DNA of 63,214 nt, filler included, from Octopus bimaculoides (taxonomy: Eukaryota), in the NCBI RefSeq assembly GCF_001194135.2. It is 4 parts of 4 records of this genome, joined end to end, with 100 filler letters (N's around TTAATTAATTAA, not from the genome) between each part and the next. Parts side by side here need not be neighbours in the genome. Positions count along the whole stretch, not along the records: positions 19,391 to 39,641 come from NC_069000.1; 3 more parts are not named here. One strand, written 5' to 3'. Each line of letters opens with the position of its first letter. The first letter of the stretch is position 1. Of the stretch, positions 25,111 through 39,641 are shown in pieces. Under the pieces are notes generated by a model. That model made no database searches. It saw nothing but the letters and a program-made list of their open reading frames with translations, and had not been told where the DNA came from. The translations under genes were made by a program, and so were the position numbers.

Positions 25111-26577
25111 GTTTTTCAAGGAATTACATTCAGATGTGTTTCATGATTTACAATGACAAATTAGAGAGGAGCTGTGCCTGTGTGTATCTGTTTGTGTNNN
25201 NNNNNNNNNNNNNNNNNNNNNNNNNNNNNNNNNNNNNNNNNNNNNNNNNNNNNNNNNNNNNNNNNNNNNNNNNNNNNNNNNNNNNNNNNNNNNNNNNNNN
25301 NNNNNNNNNNNNNNNNNNNNNNNNNNNNNNNNNNNNNNNNNNNNNNNNNNNNNNNNNNNNNNNNNNNNNNNNNNNNNNNNNNNNNNNNNNNNNNNNNNNN
25401 NNNNNNNNNNNNNNNNNNNNNNNNNNNNNNNNNNNNNNNNNNNNNNNNNNNNNNNNNNNNNNNNNNNNNNNNNNNNNNNNNNNNNNNNNNNNNNNNNNNN
25501 NNNNNNNNNNNNNNNNNNNNNNNNNNNNNNNNNNNNNNNNNNNNNNNNNNNNNNNNNNNNNNNNNNNNNNNNNNNNNNNNNNNNNNNNNNNNNNNNNNNN
25601 NNNNNNNNNNNNNNNNNNNNNNNNNNNNNNNNNNNNNNNNNNNNNNNNNNNNNNNNNNNNNNNNNNNNNNNNNNNNNNNNNNNNNNNNNNNNNNNNNNNN
25701 NNNNNNNNNNNNNNNNNNNNNNNNNNNNNNNNNNNNNNNNNNNNNNNNNNNNNNNNNNNNNNNNNNNNNNNNNNNNNNNNNNNNNNNNNNNNNNNNNNNN
25801 NNNNNNNNNNNNNNNNNNNNNNNNNNNNNNNNNNNNNNNNNNNNNNNNNNNNNNNNNNNNNNNNNNNNNNNNNNNNNNNNNNNNNNNNNNNNNNNNNNNN
25901 NNNNNNNNNNNNNNNNNNNNNNNNNNNNNNNNNNNNNNNNNNNNNNNNNNNNNNNNNNNNNNNNNNNNNNNNNNNNNNNNNNNNNNNNNNNNNNNNNNNN
26001 NNNNNNNNNNNNNNNNNNNNNNNNNNNNNNNNNNNNNNNNNNNNNNNNNNNNNNNNNNNNNNNNNNNNNNNNNNNNNNNNNNNNGTGGTGGTGGTGCTGT
26101 TGCTGGTGCTAGTGGTACTAATGATTCTTCAAATCTGAAAAGCAGACGAATTGAATTTTATCGCTGATTTTATGTTTTTGTGAAGATAAATACTAATTTG
26201 CATAAAATACACATTCATACTGATTCACACACTCACACACACAAATACACATTCTCACACATGCATGAATACGTAAATACATCCCCCCCCCACACACATA
26301 TATATGCATATATTATGTCCGTACTCAGTTTTCCGTCCATGCATAGATATACCTACAAATATACGTATATATATATTCTACTTATATATAATTATATACG
26401 CGGGTGTGCACATGCATGCGTGTATGTACGTGCGTATTTTACGCTAATGCAAGGCATAAATCTTACATAATTAAATTTATATATGAGTACATACATGTAT
26501 TACATACATTCATGCATGCCATATAAGCATGCCAATACACGCTTATACATATATATGTATATATATATGTATACATA

Positions 26578-26618
<41 letters not shown>

Positions 26619-27479
26619 NNNNNNNNNNNNNNNNNNNNNNNNNNNNNNNNNNNNNNNNNNNNNNNNNNNNNNNNNNNNNNNNNNNNNNNNNNNNNNNNNN
26701 NNNNNNNNNNNNNNNNNNNNNNNNNNNNNNNNNNNNNNNNNNNNNNNNNNNNNNNNNNNNNNNNNNNNNNNNNNNNNNNNNNNNNNNNNNNNNNNNNNNN
26801 NNNNNNNNNNNNNNNNNNNNNNNNNNNNNNNNNNNNNNNNNNNNNNNNNNNNNNNNNNNNNNNNNNNNNNNNNNNNNNNNNNNNNNNNNNNNNNNNNNNN
26901 NNNNNNNNNNNNNNNNNNNNNNNNNNNNNNNNNNNNNNNNNNNNNNNNNNNNNNNNNNNNNNNNNNNNNNNNNNNNNNNNNNNNNNNNNNNNNNNNNNNN
27001 NNNNNNNNNNNNNNNNNNNNNNNNNNNNNNNNNNNNNNNNNNNNNNNNNNNNNNNNNNNNNNNNNNNNNNNNNNNNNNNNNNNNNNNNNNNNNNNNNNNN
27101 NNNNNNNNNNNNNNNNNNNNNNNNNNNNNNNNNNNNNNNNNNNNNNNNNNNNNNNNNNNNNNNNNNNNNNNNNNNNNNNNNNNNNNNNNATATATATATA
27201 TATATATATATATATACATGCATATATACACACATGCACACATACACACACATATCCCTTGATCTGTACCAGCTGGTGGAGGTGTTTAGCAATAGACAGA
27301 CTGTAAACTTCTCTCGTTGTTGTATGGTTATTATTGTTGTTATTATTGTTGCTGATGTTTTTATTACTACCATTATTATTATTACTGCAATTGTTATCAT
27401 TATCATTATCATTATCATTATTGTTGTTATTATTATTATTATTATCATTGATCTTCCATCCGGACCCAATGTGGCATTT

Positions 27480-27645
27480 CGTCCATCTCCATGCTCTGAG
27501 TTTATATTTTGCCAACGTCGACTTTGTCTTTCATCCTTTCAGGGCAGTTGAAATAAGTACCAGCTTCGTACTAGGGTAAATGCAATTGTCTAGCCCCAAC
27601 CCCCAAAATTTTAGGCCTTCTGTCTACAGTTAAGATGATAATTAT
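27480..27645 (+). mobile_element. S2 SINE 3' part, tail type B; related copies at about 27910-28095 (+), 28690-28790 (+), 28990-29140 (-), 32480-32680 (+), 15990-16140 (-)
   Basis: tgagtt...gtcgacttt..ctttcatcc....aagtacc...ccccaaaattttaggcctt.tg followed by (ATT)n-like runs. Confidence 0.7.
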
Positions 27646-27693
27646 TATTCTTATTAGAATTATTAAAATCATTATTATTACCTTTTACTTTCA

Positions 27694-27890
27694 TTATTCC
27701 CTCCGCCTTAGCGAGGGCGGAAGTATTGTTTTCAGTCGTGTTTTCTTGTTTGTCTGTGGACAAGATATCTCAAGAACCGCTGGATGGATTCGGATGAAAC
27801 TTGCAGATATGTTTGGCCTCGTGACTGGCACGAACTCGAACAAATTAGATTTTGGGATCAATCCGGTCAATCAATACAGTCCTCTCCATA
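27694..27890 (+). mobile_element. Non-autonomous Helitron/Helentron-associated element fragment
   Basis: Begins ttattccctccgcc-ttagcgag-ggcggaag (subterminal hairpin), then tattgttttc...gtttgtctgt..agatatctcaagaaccgctggatggattcggatgaaactt, as in DINE/HINE-type elements. Confidence 0.55.
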
Positions 27891-28090
27891 CATTTTCTGT
27901 GACTTTAGGCAACAAGATGACAGAAACGTTAGCACGCCGAGCAAAATGCTTTGCAGCACTTCGTCTGTCTATATGTTCTGAGTTCACATTCCACCGAGGT
28001 CGACTTTGCCTTCCATCCCCTTTCGGGGGGTCGACGAAATAAGTACACCTTACCCCGAAATTGCTGGCCTTCTGTCGAAATTTTTAAAAG

Positions 28091-28157
<67 letters not shown>

Positions 28158-28373
28158 GTTGTTGTTGTTGTTGTTGTTATGCTTGTTGTTGTTATAGTTC
28201 TTCTGGACATTAGTGATCTTGTTGTTGCAGTTATTACAGTCGTCAGCGTTAGTTTAGTTTCTATTGTTCTTGTAGTCGCTGTTGCTGCTGCTTTTGTTTT
28301 CTTGCTGCTGCTGCTGCTGCTGCTGCTGTTACCGTTGCTGTTATTGTTGTTGTAACCTCCAGTCAGCTAGTAT

Positions 28374-28406
<33 letters not shown>

Positions 28407-29138
28407 ACCAAAATCAACAGATGGTGCCTGGCAGGATACTTAATTCTCGGCTTTTTCCTTCGTTATGTTTTTGTCAGTGAGTTAAACAGGAAATGGCAAA
28501 AATGGCCGCCATATCTTTCTTAGAGCCTTCAAGACGATAAGAATAACTAAAGGGATATGTGAGTGGAAGAAGGGCCCGCGGAAGTTTGTGAGGAATCAAC
28601 TTACTAAAAACCACTGGATGGCAGGATCACCATTGAAAAACTACACCTCTCCGCCTGTATTTGCTCGCGCGTGTGTGTGTGTGTGGGGGGGTTCTACTGA
28701 GGTCGACTTTGCCTTCCAACCGTTTCGGGGATCGACGAAATAAGGACCAGTTGTGTATTGGAGTTGATGGAATCATTTATTTATGATTTGAACTCGGACC
28801 GAAAGAATAACATGGTGATATCTTGTTATGTTGTCACCCGCTGTAAGTTTATGAAATTAATAGATTATAAAGATTATAGCGGATAATTTGTCATATGATA
28901 TCCGGAAAAAAAATTAGTGGTGTTAGAAGAATGTTAAACTTTTTTTCATTCGGAAACGTTTGACTAAAGGCTTTTTGAGGGGCGGGGGAATAGTCGATTA
29001 CTGGTACTTAATTTATCGCTCCCAAAAGGATGAAAGGTAAAGTCGACCTCAGTGGAATTTGAACTCAGTACGTAACGACGAACAAAATGCCGCTAAGCAT
29101 TTCACCCGGCCTGCTGACGATTCTGCCAGCTCACCGCC

Positions 29139-29235
<97 letters not shown>

Positions 29236-29786
29236 NNNNNNNNNNNNNNNNNNNNNNNNNNNNNNNNNNNNNNNNNNNNNNNNNNNNNNNNNNNNNNNNN
29301 NNNNNNNNNNNNNNNNNNNNNNNNNNNNNNNNNNNNNNNNNNNNNNNNNNNNNNNNNNNNNNNNNNNNNNNNNNNNNNNNNNNNNNNNNNNNNNNNNNNN
29401 NNNNNNNNNNNNNNNNNNNNNNNNNNNNNNNNNNNNNNNNNNNNNNNNNNNNNNNNNNNNNNNNNNNNNNNNNNNNNNNNNNNNNNNNNNNNNNNNNNNN
29501 NNNNNNNNNNNNNNNNNNNNNNNNNNNNNNNNNNNNNNNNNNNNNNNNNNNNNNNNNNNNNNNNNNNNNNNNNNNNNNNNNNNNNNNNNNNNNNNNNNNN
29601 NNNNNNNNNNNNNNNNNNNNNNNNNNNNNNNNNNNNNNNNNNNNNNNNNNNNNNNNNNNNNNNNNNNNNNNNNNNNNNNNNNNNNNNNNNNNNNNNNNNN
29701 NNNNNNNNNNNNNNNNNNNNNNNNNNNNNNNNNNNNNNNNNNNNNNNNNNNNNNNNNNNNNNNNNNNNNNNNNNNNNNNNNNNNNN

Positions 29787-29827
<41 letters not shown>

Positions 29828-30366
29828 GCATACACGTAAACACGTAAGAGGGTGTATATAAGTAGAACTACAAGGATTATATGGTCGGTTTGCTTTTCAG
29901 AAAATTCATTTCCAAATCAAAGAGTGATTAAGTTGTCTAAAATTACAGCCAGAACTTAATTGTACCAATGTTGGGTTGAAACGGAACCTAGAGAGGTTCG
30001 TGCGTCTTAATTAACTCACTAATTAGAGCCTAATTTAGATTATATTGTATGGAGAGGTACATACACACACACTCATACATATTATGATTGTAGACATACT
30101 CATAAAATGTGTGTATATGTGTCTGTGTTTATGTGTAACTCTCTCTCTCACTCTCTCTCTCTCCCTCTCTCTCCCTTTCTCTCTCTCTCCCTCTCTCTCC
30201 CTCTCTCTCTCTCTCTCTCTCCTGTGTGTACGTGTCTGTTTGTGTGTGATGGAGAACAATTGTTTTACGATTGAGAATAAAATGTTATACATTTACAGGG
30301 AAGATATGTAGGAAGTATTTATTTATTGTCAATACGTGTGTATATTAATATATGTATGTGTGTGTA

Positions 30367-30422
<56 letters not shown>

Positions 30423-30600
30423 GAATTTACAAAAAAAAGACGAAAGACGAAGACGAGTGGTGTAGACAACAAAGAGATGTATTAGTTTAACGCTCGGGAA
30501 GTGAGAAAGTATTTTACGTTTCGAGCCTACGCTCTTCCACAGAAAGAAACAGGGAGAGAAAATACAAAAAGGTATAGTGGCTAGCGACCTATCATGGTGA

Positions 30601-30661
<61 letters not shown>

Positions 30662-30981
30662 CATACATATATATAGATATACGTGCGCGCGCGCGCGCGT
30701 CTTTGTGTCTGTATTTGTCCACCATCACTATCACCACCACTGACAAGTGTTTGCACGTTTAAATTCCCGTAACTTTGTGGCTCGCCCTAAGAGACCGATA
30801 GAATAAGAAACAGGCTTAAAAACAAGAAATTATTTTGGGGTCGATTCATTCGATTGCAATCATTCAAGGAAGTGCCCCAGCATGACCGCAGTCTAATGAC
30901 TGGAACAAGTACAAGAGGAATGATATATGCATGGACACAAACACACACTCACATGTCTATGTTTACCTATCTATCTGTCTG

Positions 30982-31013
<32 letters not shown>

Positions 31014-31056
31014 GATAGATAGAGAGAGAGAGAGAGNNNNNNNNNNTCTATCTATC

Positions 31057-31087
<31 letters not shown>

Positions 31088-31819
31088 TGAGAGAGAGAGA
31101 GAGAGAGTGTGTGTGTGTGTGTGTGTGTATGTGTGTGTGTGTAATTTGTAGCAGAAATAGGTGAAATCTATTTCCCAGATAAGAATGGTCAGGTTCCATA
31201 ATTCCAGATAATACCATTTTCCATTCATAGAATCCACTTCCTGCCAGTGGGTCTTTTGTGATTTATCAATAAACCAAAAGGAGGAGAGAGGTTGGGTGGA
31301 GAGGGGTGGGTAGTATGGTGGTGGTAGGAGAAGAGGGAAGGAAGAAGTTTCCGTGTGAGTGAGATGTGTGTTAATATGTATGTGTTTGTGTGTGAGATGG
31401 CGTGGATTTGTGCAAGCATGCTTGTATGTATGTGTATGCGTGTGTCAGTTTGCCAGTCTGTCTGTCTGTCTGTCTGTCTGACTCTCTCTTTCTATGTTTT
31501 GTTTGCTTCCCTCTCTCTTTCCCCCTTGTGTTTGCGTGAATATATGTGTGTTTGTATGTGGTGTATGTATATGTGAATATAAGTGTGGAATGTGTGTGTA
31601 TGTGTGCGCTTAATTAGTGTGTTGTATGTGTGAAGAAGAAGAAGAAGAAGAAGAAGAAGAAGAAGAAGGGGAGGAGGAGAGAGAGAGAGAGAGAGAAAGG
31701 GGGTAGAGGTAGAAGGGATTAGAGACATAGATATACAATCTTGTAATCTTACTCTAATGGGAATTACTGGTATCAAATTTCAGAATTTTCGATATCAAAT
31801 CGAACGCCAGGCCGAAAGT

Positions 31820-32022
31820 TAGATACATACATACATGCATGCATACATACATACATACATACATACATACATACGCATGTATGCATATGCATGCATACAT
31901 ACATACACACACAAACACACATACATACATGTGTGTGTGTGTTTGTGAGTGTGTGTGTATGTATGTGTGCATGCCTGTGTTTGTGCTTTTGTGTGAGTAT
32001 ATATGTATATACATACATGCAA

Positions 32023-32054
<32 letters not shown>

Positions 32055-32135
32055 GCAAAAATATATAAATATATATATGTGTGTGTGTGTGTGTGGGTAT
32101 ATATATATATGTATATATTCCCTATAAATAAGATA
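31820..32135. repeat. Compound (ACAT)n/(TG)n/(TA)n microsatellite
   Basis: Seen directly. Confidence 0.9.
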
Positions 32136-33249
32136 TAGATTCCAATGCTGATTGAAATCAAAGTCATATTTCAACAGATGGAGATTNNNNNNNNNNNNNN
32201 NNNNNNNNNNNNNNNNNNNNNNNNNNNNNNNNNNNNNNNNNNNNNNNNNNNNNNNNNNNNNNNNNNNNNNNNNNNNNNNNNNNNNNNNNNNNNNNNNNNN
32301 NNNNNNNNNNNNNNNNNNNNNNNNNNNNNNNNNNNNNNNNNNNNNNNNNNNNNNNNNNNGGTTGTGTTTACATTGGGTAATATTCAGACGCGGGGTGGTG
32401 GGGTAGCATCCTCATTAAAACGGTGTAGTCATGTTGAAAATATAAACAGGACAATCGCCAAAATTAATACTGCGTCCTTAACCATTATAACGAAGAACCG
32501 CCACCGCCATTATTGTATTTCACCCGTCTTGACGTTCTGAGTTCAAATTCTGCCGAGGTCGACTTTGCCTTTCATCCTCTCTGGGTCAATAAATTAAGTA
32601 CCAGTGAAACACTAGTAATCGACTAGTCCCCTCCCCCAAAATGGTTGCCCTTGTGGCAAAATTTAAGACCATTATTATTACTACCACTACCACAATCACT
32701 ACCGCCATCACCACTACTTGTGAGATTAATTAATGTTAACCACCAAGATCACGCCCACCAGTGCCACCAGTTGTAGGAACTAGCACTAAACACCGAGACC
32801 AGCATCACCAGCGCCACAGTGCCACCTGCGTCACCCGCGCCACCCGCAATCGCCTATATTAGTGATTCTATTACACTAGATAATAATAGTCAATAATGTC
32901 ACCGCAAATATTTTCTCCTGAATCATTCGATAGCCTTCATTGGTGTATTTACTCCCTGTAACTTGGCGGTTCGGCAAAACATACCGATAGAATAAGTACT
33001 AAGCTTATAAAGAATAAGTCCTGGGGGGTCGATTTCTCCAACTAGAATATATATATATATTATATGCAACAGGCTTCTTTCAGTTTCCGTCTACCAAATC
33101 GACTAAAAAAGCTTTGGTCAGCCCGAGGCAAAAGTAGAAGACACTCGCCCCAAAATTTTGTATTTTAGAAGTTATTTCGTGTTAAAGTTGTCGTATTTGG
33201 GTAATTTTAACCAATCAATGACGTGTATTCAGCTGAAGAAAATTACTGC

Positions 33250-33510
33250 TGCTGTTGGTGGCGGTAGTGATGATGGTGGTGGTTGTGGTGGTGGTGGAGG
33301 TATTGATGATGGTTGGGGATGGTGGTGATTGTGGTGGTGATGGTGGTGATGGTGATAGTGATGATGGTAATGATAGTGGTGGTGGTGGTGGTGGTGGTGA
33401 TGGAGGTGGTGGTGATGGAGGTTGTGGTGATGGAGGTGGTGATGATTGTGGTAGCGGTGGTGTTGCCGGTGGTTGTGTTGTCGGTGGTGGTTGTGGTGGC
33501 AGCAATGTTA
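33250..33510. repeat. (GGT/GAT)n low-complexity tract; similar tracts at 4200-4510, 22170-22550, 36298-36610, 53350-53920
   Basis: Trinucleotide mosaics that give poly-G/V/H/T pseudo-ORFs in all frames. Confidence 0.85.
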
Positions 33511-34551
33511 GGTAAGTGACTCAGCAAACCGTTGCTGTTCCATTAGGGCCAAGCCAGATATTTGGGGGTCTAGACAGGACCCAGTTCCTGTCAGAAACCT
33601 GAAACATATTGAGAAATGCAAAAACATACCACCACCACCATCAACAACAACATCATCATCATCATCATCACCACCACCAATACGAAAGCTACTACTAACT
33701 CTTCCTTTAACACCACAGACAACACTGATGCCCATGCTACTACCACCAAGAACACCACCGCACCCACCGTCACCAACACCACCGAAAACAACGTCACTAA
33801 CATTAGCGCCACTTCTCCCACACCACCACCGCCACCGTCACTACATCAACACCATCACTACAGAGTGAGAAAGCGACTGGAAGAGAGGGAGAGACCGATA
33901 GACTGACAGAGACAGAAAAGAAAAGAGCGATAGAAAGACAAAGAGAAAGAGAGAGAGAGAGAGAAGGGGAGTTGAAGAGAGAGAGGGGAACGGAGAAGAA
34001 AAGAAAGGAGGAAAAGGAGAGTGAGAAAGAAAGGAAGGAAAAGAAAAGGAAAGAATGAGGTGAAGAATAAGATAAATAAAGACAGCACAATGACGTAACA
34101 GTATATGACCAGTGTGTATATTGTGTATACACCTGTCATTTGCAATGGTAAACAGTGTATAGTATTAGCAGATATCGTTTATATTAACTACTTTATACAT
34201 ACATATATAAAATGCATCATATGTATATGTGTGTATGGATGTATATATACGTACATACATACATGTAGGCTTGTATATGTGTGTGTGTATAACTATATTA
34301 TGTTTGCATGTATGTGTGCATGTGTGTGCGTCCGTGTATGTTTGTGTATATACATGAATGTATATTTTTCTGGCTTTATTTTACAAATTACAGTCGATTC
34401 GAGGAAAAAGGCGGTCTTAAACCCAGGAAAAAGGATCTTTCATTGGAATATAGGATGGGTGGATGGATAAAGGGATGTGTGTGTGTGTGTGTGTATATTT
34501 ACATATATGTATATATATATATGTGTATATATATGTATGTATATATATGCG

Positions 34552-34588
<37 letters not shown>

Positions 34589-35452
34589 AGGTATTTATAT
34601 ATATATATTTGCATGTTTCTATGTTTGTGTGTCTATGTATGTATATTTATGCCTTTATCTTTTTTTTTATTCATTAGTATTCTTCCCAAAAGAACGAAAC
34701 TGGTTTTGAACAAAGAAGACAAAAAACTTGATTGCTGGAATTTACGCCAAAGCAACAATACAGTGGAATCAAGGAGCAAAACGAGAAAGAAAAAAGGACG
34801 GCACAAAAGAGACCTGGTTTAATAAATATTGTATTAGTTTAAAGTTTAAAATGGAAGAAAACAAATTTCAACGTTTCGGAAGCTTGTCATTCATCAGAAA
34901 AGTATAAAGGAGTGCGAAAGAAGTGGTTGAGATGAGGAAAAAATAGGTGAGGTGTTAAGGGCCACCTGGAAATGCGGTTCTATGAGTGGAGTTAAGAAGG
35001 GAGAAGTGACGGGTGTGCGCAGGTATAGGAGCGTATCCATGTTTTGAAATGTATATAAGGATGGGTGATATGTGTGTGGTTATGTGGTGTGTGTCGAACT
35101 TTAAAAATGTCTTGACTAATTTCACTGTTCCACTTCCATATTGTATCTGTAAAGTCTGTAAAAGCCGGTCTCATTGCTCGAAAACCCTCGCGTTTCCGCA
35201 TTGTGGCTTAGACATAAACCAAGTGCATCAACGGTTATTGGTATAAATGTGAATTTATAATCAGGGTAAAAGAGTTGTAGGTTTCGATTGCAAACAAGCT
35301 ATGGAACCAAGTCTATGTTCTGTCTTTTAGTACAACCAACATATACTCTTCTATTCTTCAAATTTCTTCAACAAAAAGGAATAGGGATTCACTACATATA
35401 TAAACATTATTGTAGAGGGACTTCCTCCTTGAAAAGCACCACGACTTCTGAA

Positions 35453-35494
<42 letters not shown>

Positions 35495-37659
35495 NNNNNN
35501 NNNNNNNNNNNNNNNNNNNNNNNNNNNNNNNNNNNNNNNNNNNNNNNNNNNNNNNNNNNNNNNNNNNNNNNNNNNNNNNNNNNNNNNNNNNNNNNNNNNN
35601 NNNNNNNNNNNNNNNNNNNNNNNNNNNNNNNNNNNNNNNNNNNNNNNNNNNNNNNNNNNNNNNNNNNNNNNNNNNNNNNNNNNNNNNNNNNNNNNNNNNN
35701 NNNNNNNNNNNNNNNNNNNNNNNNNNNNNNNNNNNNNNNNNNNNNNNNNNNNNNNNNNNNNNNNNNNNNNNNNNNNNNNNNNNNNNNNNNNNNNNNNNNN
35801 NNNNNNNNNNNNNNNNNNNNNNNNNNNNNNNNNNNNNNNNNNNNNNNNNNNNNNNNNNNNNNNNNNNNNNNNNNNNNNNNNNNNNNNNNNNNNNNNNNNN
35901 NNNNNNNNNNNNNNNNNNNNNNNNNNNNNNNNNNNNNNNNNNNNNNNNNNNNNNNNNNNNNNNNNNNNNNNNNNNNNNNNNNNNNNNNNNNNNNNNNNNN
36001 NNNNNNNNNNNNNNNNNNNNNNNNNNNNNNNNNNNNNNNNNNNNNNNNNNNNNNNNNNNNNNNNNNNNNNNNNNNNNNNNNNNNNNNNNNNNNNNNNNNN
36101 NNNNNNNNNNNNNNNNNNNNNNNNNNNNNNNNNNNNNNNNNNNNNNNNNNNNNNNNNNNNNNNNNNNNNNNNNNNNNNNNNNNNNNNNNNNNNNNNNNNN
36201 NNNNNNNNNNNNNNNNNNNNNNNNNNNNNNNNNNNNNNNNNNNNNNNNNNNNNNNNNNNNNNNNNNNNNNNNNNNNNNNNNNNNNNNNNNNNNNNNACCA
36301 CCACCACCACCACCACTACCACCACCACCACCACCACCATCGCCACCACGAGAAATACCAACAACACTACCACCTAAATGACTACCATTAGCTATACCAC
36401 TTCCTTCACCACCACCACCACAGCCAGCAACAACAACCACCACTACCACTACCACCATCGTCATCACCACCACCACCGCCACCACCACCATCACCACCAC
36501 CATCATCATCATCACCATTTTCATCCCCACCACCACCATCATCATCATCATCATCACCACCACCACAACCGCCGCCACCACCACCACCAACGTCACCACC
36601 AGCTACCAACCACCACACTGTCACTTAAATCAGTTCCTGTTGGCGTTGTCTCTCCAAAGAACGGCAGGAAATCCTAGAGAATGGAACACCAAGAAATCTA
36701 TAGACTTAACAACCATTCCAGGTGGCGTTGTTTGTTGTTAGGATGGCGGTGGTGGTGTTGTTGTTGTTGTTGTTGGTGGCTATGGCTGTTGTGTTGGTGG
36801 TTGTGGTGATTGTGGTACTGTAGTAGTAATGTTGTAGTGATGGCTAGTATTGTTGTTGTTATTGCATGGTGGTGGTGGTGGTGGTGGTGGTGGTGTATGT
36901 TGTTGTGCTTGTGGTGGTGGCAGCTGTTGCTGTTGTGGTAGTAGAAGAATCGGTTAAAACAGCCTGAGTANNNNNNNNNNNNNNNNNNNNNNNNNNNNNN
37001 NNNNNNNNNNNNNNNNNNNNNNNNNNNNNNNNNNNNNNNNNNNNNNNNNNNNNNNNNNNNNNNNNNNNNNNNNNNNNNNNNNNNNNNNNNNNNNNNNNNN
37101 NNNNNNNNNNNNNNNNNNNNNNNNNNNNNNNNNNNNNNNNNNNNNNNNNNNNNNNNNNNNNNNNNNNNNNNNNNNNNNNNNNNNNNNNNNNNNNNNNNNN
37201 NNNNNNNNNNNNNNNNNNNNNNNNNNNNNNNNNNNNNNNNNNNNNNNNNNNNNNNNNNNNNNNNNNNNNNNNNNNNNNNNNNNNNNNNNNNNNNNNNNGG
37301 TGGTGGTGGTGGTGTTTGATGGTGGAGGTGGTGGAGGTGGTGGAGGTGGTTGGTGGTTGGTGGTGGTCATGGTCTTGTTTTTATGTTAACAGCTATTAAC
37401 AAGAATTACGACTCTTGTCAACTCAAGTAGTTTGACAAATGTTTCACCGCCTCCCCTTCCACTTCCCCCTCTTCCTCGTCTTCCTCCTCCCCCTCCTCGC
37501 CATTACATTCCGCCGCATCGCTCCCACCCGTCCACCCCGTTTTATTACCATGTTCTTTAATGGATATTCAATTTGTACAATGAATGGTTTCCGCATTTGT
37601 GACTGCTTGCGTGTATATATGTAGAAGTGTGTTTGTGAATCTAGGTATGTGAGTGTTTA

Positions 37660-37690
<31 letters not shown>

Positions 37691-37899
37691 GCGTGTATGT
37701 GTATCCGTTCTTGTTTGTGTGTGTGTGTGTGTGTGTGTATAGTTCTTGTTGGGTAACGATCCGGAGAAGGAGTACTCAATACAAAACATGAGTATATTAG
37801 TTTATTTAACCCTGTCCTGTGGCTTGTTCTGGTGTTTCTACGACGGGACAAGTCGAGCGTGTATGAATACATACATACATACATACATACGTATGTGTC

Positions 37900-38275
37900 G
37901 GAGTGCATCCCTTGACTAAGTTTGCATACATGAGGCTGATAACTTCATAAGACTTGGAAGGCAGCTCCTTGAGCAACACTCTTTGTCTGATAACCTAGAA
38001 TACATGACGAAAGAAGTCGCACGACTCTACTGCAACGTATCATCGGATGAAAGGATGAGCCTATATGAGCAGAAGACTATTCATGGATACGTTAGTAGAA
38101 AGCTCCGTGATGATAGTAACATCGATCATCAAAGCGGTTTATCATGGACCAATAGCCGGATTACTACCTCCCACTTTGAAAGGTATACGTTTCCAATCCA
38201 GGAACAGGAAATACCAACCAAGTACCTGATACACAAAAGGGATAGAAGTGCAGGAAAAGCAGTAAAATGTGGTGG
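37900..38275 (+). mobile_element. Internal fragment of a Dong/R4-type LINE ORF (post-RT region)
   Basis: VCIHEADNFIRLGRQLL...IHGYVSRKLRDDSNIDHQSGLSWTNSRITTSHFERYTFPIQEQEIPTKYLIHKRDRSAGKAVKC. HG...SW...AIQEQxIxTK precedes the CCHC zinc knuckle in R4/Dong elements. Confidence 0.7.
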
Positions 38276-39024
38276 TGGCTTTTAAAACGCTTCCCTACAC
38301 TTTATCTGAAAGCATCAAATCACGTTGACAAAACGACTTGTAAAGAGCCAGAGAAAAGTCTTTGATAACCACTTGAAGGATACAGTTGCGCAGGGAAGAA
38401 CAAGGGTTATTCGGTAGATAAGATGAGCCACGTGAGAAAGGAAGCCATTGCTTTCTTCAAACCTGGAGATTAACTCTTTCTCTAAAACATCGAGGACCTT
38501 GACTACTTTCTATGGTTCTTGATTGGCAGCAAAGAGAAGATCTCGCTAAAAAACAATAGTCTCTGGAGCACACCATAAAAACGAGACGAGACATATGAAC
38601 ACCTCTGATCAATCATAGGCCAACTTCCACCCATAAAGCAACAATAAAAATGAAAGAAAAATAAAAGAGGTGCTCCAGCAAGGCCGCAGTTCTGCGACTG
38701 AAACCATTAAAAGAATAGAAAAATAAAAGAAAAGAACATAGGTGATCACGATGTGACTGACTGCACCAAGAGGAAGAAATGGAACAGAACTGTGAGATAC
38801 TGTCAACTGATGCAGACGAGTAATACATACATATGTGTGTGTGTGTGTGGGGGGTATGTATATATGAATATACATGCATAAATACATACATACATAAATA
38901 TATGTATATGTATATACACACACACACACACACACACGTATATATATAGTCAAGTACGAAACAAGGAAAACGAGGAAGTTTACTAGAGAAGGGAGAGAAA
39001 TAAAAAATAACAAGAAGTTAGACA

Positions 39025-39066
<42 letters not shown>

Positions 39067-39126
39067 CTTTCTCTCTACTCATTTACATATTCTATTCCAA
39101 ACCATTGATGCCGTCCCCTCGTGCCA

Positions 39127-39387
39127 TCACGTGCACCGCATGCGGTCACGTGCCGGCGTGCAATGCACGCAAAAGCATGCGAGTGTTTTTTGTCAAGTGT
39201 CATCTGCTTTTTGTCATTGTTCGTGTATTTATATACCTGCATTATACATACATACACATGTATACACATGTATACATACATATATATATATATATAACTA
39301 TGACTAAATGATGCATAGATTTCTACCTGTCGACACATGTCTTCAAAGTAAATAACAGCAACACTTATCACGTGGTTTAATCACGTG
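39127..39387. promoter_or_regulatory. Candidate cis-regulatory cluster: four TCACGTG E-boxes plus palindromes
   Basis: CACGTG at 39128, 39147, 39369 and 39382, each preceded by T. ACCGCATGCGGT at 39135-39146; GCGTGCA-A-TGCACGC at 39156-39170. CpG-rich and non-repetitive. Confidence 0.4.
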
Positions 39388-39597
39388 TTTGTTCCTTCAT
39401 CTTTAATTAATTGGTTATTTGTGTATCAGGTGTGTTGTACAAGTGTGTGGGTGTATAGGGGTAAATTGTGTGATATAGGAGTAAGTGATGTTATAATGTT
39501 GACCTGAGCAATGGCGAGGGGGGTGGGAAGGTTGGTGAGTGCCTGGATACTCGCATGCGCCAATACATGGACATGTATACACACACACACACACACA

Positions 39598-39641
<44 letters not shown>

